Positions 20,426 through 29,700 of a DNA stretch of 64,000 nt are shown here, piece by piece (the stretch's first letter is position 1; every line of letters begins with the position of its first letter). The stretch is from an uncultured bacterium (GTDB taxonomy: Bacteria > Patescibacteriota > Minisyncoccia > Phycocordibacterales > DATDWN01): contig CAIQCQ010000034.1 of NCBI GenBank assembly GCA_903870365.1, positions 2,665-66,664 of the forward strand, in the 5' to 3' direction. A program made the position numbers and the translations under genes. The notes under the pieces are model-generated. The model did no database searches. It saw nothing but the letters and a program-made list of their open reading frames with translations, and had not been told where the DNA came from.

Positions 20426-21556
20426 TCACTTTACTTCGCTAACGAGTGTACCTATTGGTGTCCCCACCACCGTAAATCGTATAGTACCGATAATCTGTCC
20501 ACTTTCCGTCTCGACATTCACCCGCCACTTTCCTGGAGAGAGATCATTTCTCATGGAATATGTTCGGAAACCTCCATCGCGCCCACCAGCTACATACAGA
20601 GGCACGGTGCCTTTATCTAGCCATGCTTCTGCCACAGGATCATAGACTTGATAGTGATGTTCGATAGTCAAGTTGAGTAATGGTGGCGAAAAGATCGCAC
20701 TGTATATGAACACTGGTGTGCCCGTCGCCACATGTACGTCATCATACAAAATAAAAAAATTACGCCAAGTTGTCGGCTCCGCCGTGACCACATAGTTACC
20801 AGCACCATCCTTTTCGATTGAGTGATACACACCAGAATCTTTTAATGAAAGTGGTATTGGTGGAATAAGATTAAAAAAATATAACAAATTGAAAGTCAGA
20901 AACAACATACAAATAGACGCCAAAACCTTATTACGTTCATATCGCAGTTTTCGCTCGGTCACATATGACAATACAGCCAAAAACATAAATAACACAACCA
21001 AACTCAATAGACCGGATAATAGAAATATACTATAGCCGATTTTGTGCAATACCACTGGCACAAGGAACACAGAGAAAGCAAAAAGTGAGACATACAACAA
21101 CACAATTTGAAATGTCAGTCGGACATATTCTCGTTTCAATGATTCATTTGCCCAAAAAGCCAAACCGAGTATACAAAGGAACGGCCAGTTGGAGGCAAGT
21201 GACGCACTACGGAAATAAAAAACAAGATAGGTAGACAAAATACCTCCAAAGAAAAACTGCATCACATTAACCAGCCAAAAATGCAACGTGGCTGGATTCT
21301 GAACACGACTTCGAGCAAGTGTCCGCCGGCTCGCTTGATCTTCTGCCATCTTCACATCTTCACGATTGATCAAAATAATACAGACCGCCACGATGAGCAG
21401 GTGGGCTACAACCCAGACATTGTCCCACAAGGCATCGACACGCTGGAGGGTCACCGCATCAAAAATAAATCCACCGACAAGAGACAGCGACGAGATCGGT
21501 CGTTCAAACCGTCCGTAAAAATTCCGTATATGAGTAAAAATATTCCACTCGTTCAT
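20426..21556 (-). CDS. hypothetical polytopic membrane protein with a C-terminal extracytoplasmic domain
   Basis: 376 aa; about 8 TM helices then a ~150-aa soluble domain. Confidence 0.5.
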   Translation of the reverse strand: MNEWNIFTHIRNFYGRFERPISSLSLVGGFIFDAVTLQRVDALWDNVWVVAHLLIVAVCIILINREDVKMAEDQASRRTLARSRVQNPATLHFWLVNVMQFFFGGILSTYLVFYFRSASLASNWPFLCILGLAFWANESLKREYVRLTFQIVLLYVSLFAFSVFLVPVVLHKIGYSIFLLSGLLSLVVLFMFLAVLSYVTERKLRYERNKVLASICMLFLTFNLLYFFNLIPPIPLSLKDSGVYHSIEKDGAGNYVVTAEPTTWRNFFILYDDVHVATGTPVFIYSAIFSPPLLNLTIEHHYQVYDPVAEAWLDKGTVPLYVAGGRDGGFRTYSMRNDLSPGKWRVNVETESGQIIGTIRFTVVGTPIGTLVSEVK

Positions 21557-21583
21557 TGTGTATAGTATACAGGATTACAAAGA

Positions 21584-21997
21584 CTATTTTAATCTTTCAA
21601 TTATCGTCTGTTTAATTTTTTGTACGAGTACTTCTGAAATTTTAAAATCTGGGTTTGTTAGATAATTCTTGCCCCACCGATCATCCACAAAAGTGACGTT
21701 ATCAAATTCTATTGGTTTTGAATATCTTGGTATAATATGACCATGAAGATGATGCGTTATGTTACCCAAAAAAGCATAATTTAACATATCAGCTCCGAAT
21801 ATATCTATTAAATTCCCTTCAAGTTCACGTAAAATCTCAAATACTTCTATTTGTTCATCAGGGGTAGCGTCGGGTAAATCAAAAGCATCTTTCCTTTTAC
21901 ACCACACGTAGCATCGTCCAAGATAACTTTGATTCTCATGTAGGTACGTACTCCAATATACATATTCTTTTATTTTAAAATTCTGATATGGATCCAT
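21584..21997 (-). CDS. HIT family protein (histidine triad)
   Basis: CYVWCK (CxxC) and THHLHGHIIPRY, cf. HIT HxHxHxx. Confidence 0.65.
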   Translation of the reverse strand: MDPYQNFKIKEYVYWSTYLHENQSYLGRCYVWCKRKDAFDLPDATPDEQIEVFEILRELEGNLIDIFGADMLNYAFLGNITHHLHGHIIPRYSKPIEFDNVTFVDDRWGKNYLTNPDFKISEVLVQKIKQTIIERLK

Positions 21998-22506
21998 TAT
22001 TTTTGATATTTATCCAACAACCACGTAGACGTATATTTTTTATACTTTTTTCTTACCACACCAGGCATATTACCGTATGCTCCAATCACTTTTCTACACG
22101 AGCCTGTCCCACAACTACAAGCCATACGCCAATACGGATGATCCTCTGTCATCTCATAGTCCCAGGTTATTTCTTCACCTAGCAGTATATTCCGCATGGC
22201 CACAATTTGAAATAAATTTTGTATGCCACAGTTTGGTTCACATGAATGATTGATCAGTCGAGCTATGCCAGTAGAGTCCCGCCATTTTTTCTCTTCAAAT
22301 TGAATACAGTGATTGTATAAATCTTCATTCCATTTGGTCGAACGAGAACTGTATACCCGGCCATCAAAAGCCGCAATAACCTCCCCTTTCTTGATCATAT
22401 CAATAGCAAATATCCCCTTGCCATGGTGCGTAGTCTTACGTATTTCTACTTTTGTATTATCCATATAAACAAGTGTAGCATACCGAATATCTAACAAAAT
22501 TGACAA
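21997..22506 (-). CDS. SET domain protein (putative protein-lysine methyltransferase)
   Basis: RLINHSCEPNC signature; Y.EL; post-SET CSCGTGSC. Confidence 0.8.
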   Translation of the reverse strand: MSILLDIRYATLVYMDNTKVEIRKTTHHGKGIFAIDMIKKGEVIAAFDGRVYSSRSTKWNEDLYNHCIQFEEKKWRDSTGIARLINHSCEPNCGIQNLFQIVAMRNILLGEEITWDYEMTEDHPYWRMACSCGTGSCRKVIGAYGNMPGVVRKKYKKYTSTWLLDKYQK

Positions 22507-22531
22507 CTATCAACAAAAAAGTGAGCAGACA

Positions 22532-22813
22532 TTATGACATCTGCCCACTCACAACCTCTCTGAGAATCCGTTGAAACTCTTCAAATGAAATCTCGCCAAA
22601 AGTATAACATTCATCGCCTTCTTCATCGTGACATACACAATCCGGATCACAATCACAGTCAGTCTTCCAACGTATATACTGTCCTTCTGGAGTCAGCAAT
22701 ACATGGGGACCCCAGTGTTCCGGCAAAATACACTCTCCCATGTAGTCATCATCTCTGTGACCAATGATATCCTCTCTGCGCGGTGGAATCGTCAAGCACA
22801 TTCTCATACACAC
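22532..22813 (-). CDS. hypothetical Cys-rich small protein
   Basis: 93 aa (CDCDPDCVCHDEEGDEC). Confidence 0.3.
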   Translation of the reverse strand: MCMRMCLTIPPRREDIIGHRDDDYMGECILPEHWGPHVLLTPEGQYIRWKTDCDCDPDCVCHDEEGDECYTFGEISFEEFQRILREVVSGQMS

Positions 22814-23054
22814 CTCCTTCCCATAAAATACGGTCTTTTGTATAAAAAGTAAACTGTCAAATCTCCACCTTTATCTTTGGCCATTTTTCTAACCACTTCT
22901 TTTGTGTCATTCGCTCTCTTACTCTCTCAATCCCGTCTGGAAACTGTGGGCTTGGTCTGACGATCATACCCACAAGATCATCAATTCCATATGGAGCAAC
23001 AAATCGCAAACTTCCATTTTCAAGTCGGACACCAACTGCTGTTGCGGTTTCTGG

Positions 23055-23441
23055 CTAATGAGCAATAGCATCCTGAGTTGATGTATACGGAAGTATACCA
23101 TTCCATATATGAGCATAAAATTCATTTACCACTTCCCATTCAATACCAGTTTCCTTTTTTAATTTTTCTGACAATTCATCATCTGCTTTTTCATCATTAC
23201 CATCTGGATCAAAATAAACCAAATCAACATCACTTCCTCTATGCAGATTATTTGTGTACCCAGAGATATGGTTCCATACCTTATTCCGTACAAATCCCGC
23301 ACCAATCAACCAATCTTTTAACTGTAAACTTTCTGCGGTACGTAAAATATCCATCATCCATTTATCTTGTTCTATTACATTGAGAATGTCTTGTTCGATC
23401 ATAATTCCAATAATTTCTTTCGTATCTCTTTCCTCAACCAT
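23055..23441 (-). CDS. nucleotidyltransferase-fold protein; an in-frame TAG is followed by 68 more sense codons (possible pseudogene or readthrough)
   Basis: GAGFVRNKVW...GSDVDLVYFD NTase motif; the same frame continues PETATAVGVRLENGSL... down to ~22852. Confidence 0.5.
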   Translation of the reverse strand: MVEERDTKEIIGIMIEQDILNVIEQDKWMMDILRTAESLQLKDWLIGAGFVRNKVWNHISGYTNNLHRGSDVDLVYFDPDGNDEKADDELSEKLKKETGIEWEVVNEFYAHIWNGILPYTSTQDAIAH

Positions 23442-24325
23442 AGTTTATCTGTTACCCCAACATCACCATCAAAACTAATAGTAATAATCTTTGATAATAA
23501 CTCTTTCACCTTTTTACTTTCCGTATACATATAATTTTTCTTTTCAGAAATAGACGGTATACTCAAAAACCAATCCGGGTGCCCAAATTTTTCTAGTGCA
23601 GCTTGAGCTTCCACCTTATGTTTATCCAGAAATGTATTCGCACTCCACAGCTCCAACTGCCCCATAACAACAGGGAAAGGAACTGTTTCCAGGTTTAGTG
23701 TTTTAGTATCGCTCGTTATCGCATGACCTATATCTGTATATATACTTTGTTCAACCTCTTCAAAATATTGCTCGGTCCAATTTAGCGGCAAATCTATATA
23801 TTTTTTAAGTTCTTCAAAAGCAGTAACATCCCTATCTGTAGTAACTGAAGCTCCAAAATTAAGAGTGTTTGAAAGGATGGCAATAGTAAGAAGATTCGCA
23901 CTCAGTTTTGATACCTTATCTGCAAAACCTCTCTTTTTATATTCTTCCCAAATCAAAGTGGCACAAGCGCCAACAAGTTCCACATGAGCATGTTCACTCA
24001 ACTTTTCCTTCCAAAAATCTTGAAAACCAAAACGATGATCGTACACTTCTACAACATGTTCCATTTGTATAAATTTTGAAATATAAGTCAGTTCAGATAC
24101 ATCAACAATTACAATATCACTTTCAATATCTGTCGGCTGTGTTACATAGTTTATATTCCATGAGCGAATAGTAGATGTGATACTACTATTAAACACACCT
24201 GGTAACACAATCTCATTCTTTTTATTCTCTAGAGTAAGCAACTCAGAATATGCAACAGCGCACGCCAAAACATCAATATCTGTAAATGCTTCTCCTGCTG
24301 TAATAACGGTAGTTTTCATAATCAA
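23399..24325 (-). CDS. DHH-family phosphoesterase homolog (family II pyrophosphatase PpaC-like) with degenerate catalytic motifs
   Basis: Collinear similarity to PpaC, but HQNPDTD is GEAFTDID, DHN is DVS, DHH is DHR. Confidence 0.55.
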   Translation of the reverse strand: MIMKTTVITAGEAFTDIDVLACAVAYSELLTLENKKNEIVLPGVFNSSITSTIRSWNINYVTQPTDIESDIVIVDVSELTYISKFIQMEHVVEVYDHRFGFQDFWKEKLSEHAHVELVGACATLIWEEYKKRGFADKVSKLSANLLTIAILSNTLNFGASVTTDRDVTAFEELKKYIDLPLNWTEQYFEEVEQSIYTDIGHAITSDTKTLNLETVPFPVVMGQLELWSANTFLDKHKVEAQAALEKFGHPDWFLSIPSISEKKNYMYTESKKVKELLSKIITISFDGDVGVTDKLWLRKEIRKKLLEL

Positions 24326-24331
24326 TATTTT

Positions 24332-24802
24332 CTATACACCTCGCTTTCCTTTCGCCAGCATTACACACACTTTCGCAATTCGCACGCCGCGCTTTTCTAG
24401 ATCTCTACCTGCATCTATCCAGTCGACCAGATCCCGTCGTTCGTCTGCAGTCAGACTACTCCACATAGCCTTTGACCGTGGGCTGGCATTGAGCGCTGTA
24501 TACAAACTCATCGGTACCACCGCATAACAGCATGGGCGTCGTTTGCCAGAGGCAAGCATCGAACTCACTCGGTCAACCCGACGCTTTCGTGTCTCTGGTT
24601 GTTTGGCTGATTCTATCCATCGTATAAAATCTCGATGCGCAATCGGAGTCAAATCTTTCCACAGTGTTTGTACGTGCGAACCACCCAGAGCCAGGGCTTT
24701 ACGGAGGTCTGTTGGCACCTCCCTCGATTCCACACCCTCTCTACTCACAGTTTGATTCGTCTTTTTCATATGTCTGATTATACTGCTATTATCTAAAAGC
24801 AA
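24332..24802 (-). CDS. YdeI/OmpD-associated family protein (DUF1801-like)
   Basis: Tandem-repeat architecture; real start is probably MKKTNQ at 24769. Confidence 0.45.
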   Translation of the reverse strand: MLLDNSSIIRHMKKTNQTVSREGVESREVPTDLRKALALGGSHVQTLWKDLTPIAHRDFIRWIESAKQPETRKRRVDRVSSMLASGKRRPCCYAVVPMSLYTALNASPRSKAMWSSLTADERRDLVDWIDAGRDLEKRGVRIAKVCVMLAKGKRGV

Positions 24803-25071
24803 AAGCCATTAGTACAATAGTCAAGGCATTGAGAACAACCAATACACCAACAAATGTTGTTTTTGAAGTCACAATTCTAGGATTCATTAAAAGATATACC
24901 GTGTAGATGATCGCCACAATCGCCGCACCAAGAAAATTTCCTTGTATCATATATGTATAGTTAAGTTAGTTGAGTAAAATGATCCTTTGATAAGTATACT
25001 CCTTTTAAAGGTCTATGCTGCTATGTAGATATGTAAGGATAGCACTTACAAACTATCCGAAACACGGACCG

Positions 25072-25545
25072 CTACGCAGATGTCTTTAACTCATCCCTCA
25101 TTTTCATCCATATTCTACCGATGTGATTTAACCCACTTCCATCTTCCCCATCATCCCAAAACCCATCACCTGGAGGTGGTGTAACGATATGTTTAACAAT
25201 CATAACATCTCCCGAGTTTACAAGTGCCGTACGGACATCTTCATGTTGTTCAACCTTGAGCCTCATCATCTTCTCCATTATTTCTAGTTTATATGATTCT
25301 TGTTTAAATTCTGGAATTTGTTCATGTTTATATTTTGAAGATACCTCCCAAGCCTTAACAGCACTGCGCGCGTTTCGTATTTCTTCAATAATCTGCGTAT
25401 CAGTATACCGTGCACACTGATATGCATGTTCAACCGTAGGATACACCAAACCACCTATCTCGATAGCATGAGCAGTATATGGAGAAAAATAAATATAAAA
25501 AATTTCCAGAGGAAGTGTATCTTTCATCGCGTATAAGTATATCAA
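25072..25545 (-). CDS. NADAR domain protein (YbiA-like N-glycosidase)
   Basis: FYSPYTAHAIEIGGLVYPTVEHAYQ...GLNHIGRIWMKMR. Confidence 0.65.
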   Translation of the reverse strand: MIYLYAMKDTLPLEIFYIYFSPYTAHAIEIGGLVYPTVEHAYQCARYTDTQIIEEIRNARSAVKAWEVSSKYKHEQIPEFKQESYKLEIMEKMMRLKVEQHEDVRTALVNSGDVMIVKHIVTPPPGDGFWDDGEDGSGLNHIGRIWMKMRDELKTSA

Positions 25546-25638
25546 ACTTTACGAACTACAGCTCTGGTACAAAGCTGGACTCACACAACACAAAACCCAC
25601 TATCTCTCGACAGAAAGTCCTGTGGTAAATAGTGGGTC

Positions 25639-26112
25639 CTAAAATGGCAGAAACGGAAGTTGATCCATGCCAGTAGCATGTATCACCACACACACTGCAG
25701 TTTCTCCAAGAACTTTTGAAACAAATTCTTTGGGGTGATGTTTTCCCACAAGAATCAAGTACTCCGGATGCTTCTCGCTCTGCCACACTCCTTCTTCGAA
25801 ATGTCCCGTGAGACAGTCCACTTCTTTAGTAGACCAATTTCCACCCTTTCGGAAAAGTACTGTTGAGTTGATACTTTTGGTCTTTTTCTCAAACTGCCTC
25901 TTGTAAAACTCACTGGCTTCCTTGCACTTTATCTTCTTGCAAGGATCGCAGTAATAGCCGGGGATGCCTGGAGGCATATCTCCTGACAACTGATTGGATG
26001 CATTTTCTGCACCACAGAGCCCACAGCGAACCCCAAAGCCATCGAACTTTGAACCAAAACTCATACTTCCAATTCCAGACATTCTAAAATCAATTTTTCC
26101 GACTTCCATCAT
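25639..26112 (-). CDS. hypothetical Cys-rich protein
   Basis: 157-aa ORF, no recognised motif. Confidence 0.35.
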   Translation of the reverse strand: MMEVGKIDFRMSGIGSMSFGSKFDGFGVRCGLCGAENASNQLSGDMPPGIPGYYCDPCKKIKCKEASEFYKRQFEKKTKSINSTVLFRKGGNWSTKEVDCLTGHFEEGVWQSEKHPEYLILVGKHHPKEFVSKVLGETAVCVVIHATGMDQLPFLPF

Positions 26113-26187
26113 GCCTCACCTCTATATAGATACAAACATATGTATAAATAAAAATCAAGCGCTGGCCGTCTGGGAGAGTTGCCTAAA

Positions 26188-26400
26188 TTTTATTTTGACT
26201 AGCATTGAATGAAGTGGAAAAGTACTCTTTTCCACTTCTGAGATGTGACGTCAAAACAAACGACAGTTTGTTTTGCGAATAACCCACTGCGTGAGCGTGG
26301 GGATGAAACAAAAGTTTCCTGAAGCTTTGCTTCAGGATGAATTGGCTTCGCCAATTCATCTCAGGAATACCCCGGGCATGAGCCCGCGGGTCGTTTATTT
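26188..26400. repeat. Repeat-E copy A (213 bp, multi-hairpin)
   Basis: About 95% identical to the reverse complement of 50301-50514. Confidence 0.85.
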
Positions 26401-26901
26401 AAAAGTATTATCGTCAGCTGATGGACCATAGATAGACGGCACGGGTATATTGTTTAGACGCATATACACAGTCAATTGCCCCCTGTGATGCACCCAATGT
26501 CTGAGCTGAGAAGCAACACTTTCATCTTTTGCAGATTTCATCAATTCCTTATCACCCATTTTTAAATAAAACATTTTTGTGGTCAATTCTTCGTCCGAAA
26601 TCTTCTTAAGAGAGTTCTTTGCTAATTCAATATTGTCATCAAAATATTTTAATAAATCAGCATTGGTACTCAATGTATACTTTTTCCAGGTCGCAAAATC
26701 AATTTCACCTTTTTCTATTGTAATACTAATCCATTTTGGAACCTCTGCTACGATAGTAGACAAATAACCCATCTGCATAGATTTCTCATGAGGTTTGTAA
26801 TCGTATAGACTTTCTGGAATTCTCTCTAAACATTTCCTGGTAGCCGCCACCTCCTCTTCCAATTCTTTTAAAAACATGTGAGCGATTATATTTTTATTCA
26901 T
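26395..26901 (-). CDS. DinB/YfiT-like metal-dependent hydrolase superfamily protein
   Basis: HWVHHRGQ motif; about 168 aa. Confidence 0.6.
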   Translation of the reverse strand: MNKNIIAHMFLKELEEEVAATRKCLERIPESLYDYKPHEKSMQMGYLSTIVAEVPKWISITIEKGEIDFATWKKYTLSTNADLLKYFDDNIELAKNSLKKISDEELTTKMFYLKMGDKELMKSAKDESVASQLRHWVHHRGQLTVYMRLNNIPVPSIYGPSADDNTFK

Positions 26902-26987
26902 AAATATATGATAATAATTTTATTTAAATAATAACTATGTGTCCTGCACGAAATCCAAACTTTTTAAATATCCCTGATGATCAAAAA

Positions 26988-27224
26988 TTAATCGTTTTCT
27001 TTTTTGTCCCATTCACTCTGAAACCACGCAAACCACTTTTTTCGGTCTTCTTCTGTATGATTTGGATTCAACATCATTTCTCGCATTGTTGCATGTACCT
27101 CATCTGTTGAACTAGAAACATGCTTACTACATTGACTTGCAACATTCACAGGATCTGCTCCGATAAACTTCATCTCACACCCTCCTTCGTTATTCATAAT
27201 TTCTTTACATGTAAATGTTTTCAT
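26988..27224 (-). CDS. DUF1059-like small metal-binding protein
   Basis: MKTFTCKEI...GGCEMKF...H pattern. Confidence 0.4.
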   Translation of the reverse strand: MKTFTCKEIMNNEGGCEMKFIGADPVNVASQCSKHVSSSTDEVHATMREMMLNPNHTEEDRKKWFAWFQSEWDKKEND

Positions 27225-27286
27225 AAATATACTTTGTTATTTATAAATTTATAATTCGACACAACCTGAGCATCACTCGACTTGGC

Positions 27287-27355
27287 TGGGAGACTAGGAA
27301 TCGAACCTAAATTAAAGGCTTCAAAGGCCTCTGTCCTGCCGTTAGACGATCTCCC
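27287..27355 (-). tRNA. tRNA-Gln(TTG)
   Basis: Hand-folded cloverleaf; anticodon loop CTTTGAA; T-loop TTCGATT. Confidence 0.65.
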
Positions 27356-27468
27356 AATGTTTTCTACTGTATCAGATTTTTTATTATTTTTCTATATAGC
27401 ACTATAGAAAAATGCCCTTGCAGAGTCCACTGGTGGTGAACATTCTGCAAGGGCATGACGACTCAAAA

Positions 27469-27684
27469 CTATACATCTTGTAAGGTCATCGGAAAAATTT
27501 GTTTAATAGCAGAAGTCACAGGGTTCTCATCTCCCTCATCACACTTTTGAAAAGCGAGTGTAACAACCTCCATCCTTTTTTCAGCCGATACTTCTATTCC
27601 TTTCAAATGTACTTCTAGTTCCCCAAACACGAGCCTTCTTACTTCTCGTGCATACGCTTCAGTATCATTTAGTGTCGGTGGCAC
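27469..27684 (-). CDS. hypothetical protein
   Basis: 71-aa ORF downstream of dnaX (the usual ybaB position, but the sequence is not YbaB-like). Confidence 0.3.
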   Translation of the reverse strand: MPPTLNDTEAYAREVRRLVFGELEVHLKGIEVSAEKRMEVVTLAFQKCDEGDENPVTSAIKQIFPMTLQDV

Positions 27685-27733
27685 AAAGCTCTCCTTCCCT
27701 CTCTTTTATACCACACCACAAAAAATCAGTCTA

Positions 27734-28759
27734 CTATTTATCTCCTACTATCTCCATCAACGCCAATTCGAGTGGCAGAGACGCAATATATGCTCGAGTA
27801 GTGGCTGTGTACGCATCAAGCAGTTTAACGATCGTATCAGAGCCGACCGTTACATTTGTATCGAGAGCGATTTTTGAGATAAATGCAAAATCATCTTCAG
27901 ACATATCCCCTTTGACCAAATCCTCGGATCCAAAGCGAACAAGCAGCACCGCTCGCATTTTTTGCAACAATAATTTTAATAACACCGACATGTCGAGGTT
28001 GGCTTGTGACGCCTCACGCACAGCATTCAGTCCTTTATGCAAATCCTTTTCAGTAATAGCAGAGACGATAGCGTTGACCAGTTCCCCTTTTGGCGCACCC
28101 GTGACGGTCAAGACGTCTTCATCTGATATTTTTTTCGCCACTGCGGCTGACAACACTTTTTGCAACGTCCCCAATGTATCCCGAAATGATCCATCGCCAA
28201 TGAGGGCGACCAAATCTGCTGACACATCAGACAGCGTATACCCTTCTTTCTTGGCCACACTCAAGACTACTTTTTTTAAAGTCTCTTGGTTTGGTTTACG
28301 AAAAGTATGAACTTCACAACGAGAAAGTATGGTCTCGGGGATCTTGTGTGTCTCGGTCGTAGCCAGGATAAAGATGACATGTTCTGGTGGCTCTTCGAGG
28401 GTCTTCAAAAACGCATTGCTCGCCGACTTGGACAACATATGGACTTCGTCCAGTATGTATACTTTATATTTTGAATCAAATGGCAGTGTGTTGACTGATT
28501 CATTGAGCTCACGAATATCGTCCACCGATGTTTTTGACGCAGCATCTATCTCATAAATGTCGTTTGGTGAGGTGCCCAGCTCTCGAGCCAGGATACGAGC
28601 GATCGAGGTCTTACCGATGCCCCGAGAACCAGCAAACAAATAGGCGTGCCCGACAGTGCCGTTTGTGATCTGAGCTTGTAGTGTTTTAACAATGGCATCT
28701 TGGCCAACAACATCAGTAAATGTATGTGGACGATATTTTCGATAGAGAACTTCTGACAT
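27734..28759 (-). CDS. dnaX: DNA polymerase III subunit gamma/tau (short form)
   Basis: Walker A GSRGIGKTS; LDEVHMLS...EEPPEHVIFILATTE. Confidence 0.85.
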   Translation of the reverse strand: MSEVLYRKYRPHTFTDVVGQDAIVKTLQAQITNGTVGHAYLFAGSRGIGKTSIARILARELGTSPNDIYEIDAASKTSVDDIRELNESVNTLPFDSKYKVYILDEVHMLSKSASNAFLKTLEEPPEHVIFILATTETHKIPETILSRCEVHTFRKPNQETLKKVVLSVAKKEGYTLSDVSADLVALIGDGSFRDTLGTLQKVLSAAVAKKISDEDVLTVTGAPKGELVNAIVSAITEKDLHKGLNAVREASQANLDMSVLLKLLLQKMRAVLLVRFGSEDLVKGDMSEDDFAFISKIALDTNVTVGSDTIVKLLDAYTATTRAYIASLPLELALMEIVGDK

Positions 28760-28814
28760 GAGGATAGTTTAGCATACGAATATCCGAATTGGGAATTTCC
28801 GAATAGTTTTGAAT

Positions 28815-28967
28815 AAAAGCAGCCCTGCCGTCCATCCTCGCAGTAGAACTGACGAGGTATTAGCGGCAGGAACCAGGGCTCTTATATTCGTAGAAGAATC
28901 GGCCTCCGCCGATACTGTTATACCAATCCTCGCTGCAGAGCAGACGAGGTATTTCTCGAATAAAAAA
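28815..28967 (+). repeat. Repeat-B copy 2 (structured ~150-nt element)
   Basis: Reverse-complement match to 8272-8424, with an identical 40-nt core and covarying stems. Confidence 0.8.
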
Positions 28968-28979
28968 AATTTGATTAAA

Positions 28980-29700
28980 AAAAGACCCCCCGCCCGCGTA
29001 CGAGACGCGAGCGAGGGTTTGAGGGAGAAGACTACTGGCAACGAGAGACCGGGGGAGCACCCGGACCACATAGGAGGTTAAACATCAATCGTCCGGGACA
29101 AATATCCCGGACCCGACGAGGTTAGACTTTGCCGGCACCCTGCAGTGCCGCAAACTGATTCGTGTTCGTGCGCTTTGTCATGGTTGTAGGCCCTCCTAAG
29201 AGCCATTCCATTTGTTAGAATATCAAATCAATACATCCTGTCAAATATTTTTTTACAAACTTGTGAACAACTTTTTGCAAAAAGAAAACCGCACTCTTGT
29301 GGAGTGGGTTGTATAGGGCGCCGCATGGAGGAATCATCCAGCGCCCGTATTTGAGAATTCTTCCAAGGGGTTCTTATTCCCTTCTGATCCACTGATTGAT
29401 GTGACCAGATTTGGCAACTTTGCGAAAATTAAAACCGATTGTTCCTGTCGCCAAGGTATCATGGAAAGATTTTGTTGTCAAGTAAATTTTTGCAACAGAA
29501 AACCCCACGTCTTAGGTGGGGGTACTACTCGCTGGCCGGCGACTGTTACCAGGTGATGGTTGTGGTCGCTTGCCCGCGGCCGTCAGGTCGTCGCCGTGGC
29601 GCCGGTGGTGAAGGAAATGAACGTTGTCATATTATGGGTGCCTAGGCGGAGCGTGCGTGCGGACGTGGTCGGCGGACTGTGAAGTCGTATGTATTTCTCC
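28980..29700. ncRNA. ORF-free GC-rich region, candidate large structured RNA(s); identity unresolved
   Basis: About 1.2 kb between dnaX and dus with no ORF over 100 aa; local GC well above the genome background; many stable hairpins; internal repeat TTTTTGCAAnAGAAAACC plus hairpin at ~29270 and ~29487. Confidence 0.4.

Noticed and set aside
25556-25786. 76-aa ORF overlapping the start region of the 25639..26112 gene, plus various internal antisense ORFs (e.g. 942..1319, 3458..3871, 11125..11556)
   Set aside because: They are embedded within or antisense to well-supported genes and have low-complexity translations, so they are likely spurious.
27469-27684. ybaB (nucleoid-associated protein) expected downstream of dnaX
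   Set aside because: The 71-aa ORF lacks YbaB features. It is kept as hypothetical.
28980-29700. Assignment of the GC-rich region as RNase P RNA, tmRNA, SRP RNA or 6S RNA
   Set aside because: Hallmark motifs (GGAAAGUCCGG and GGUAAGAGCGCACC; the tRNA-like 3' T-arm; GGAAGCAGC helix-8) were not found on either strand. It is left unassigned.
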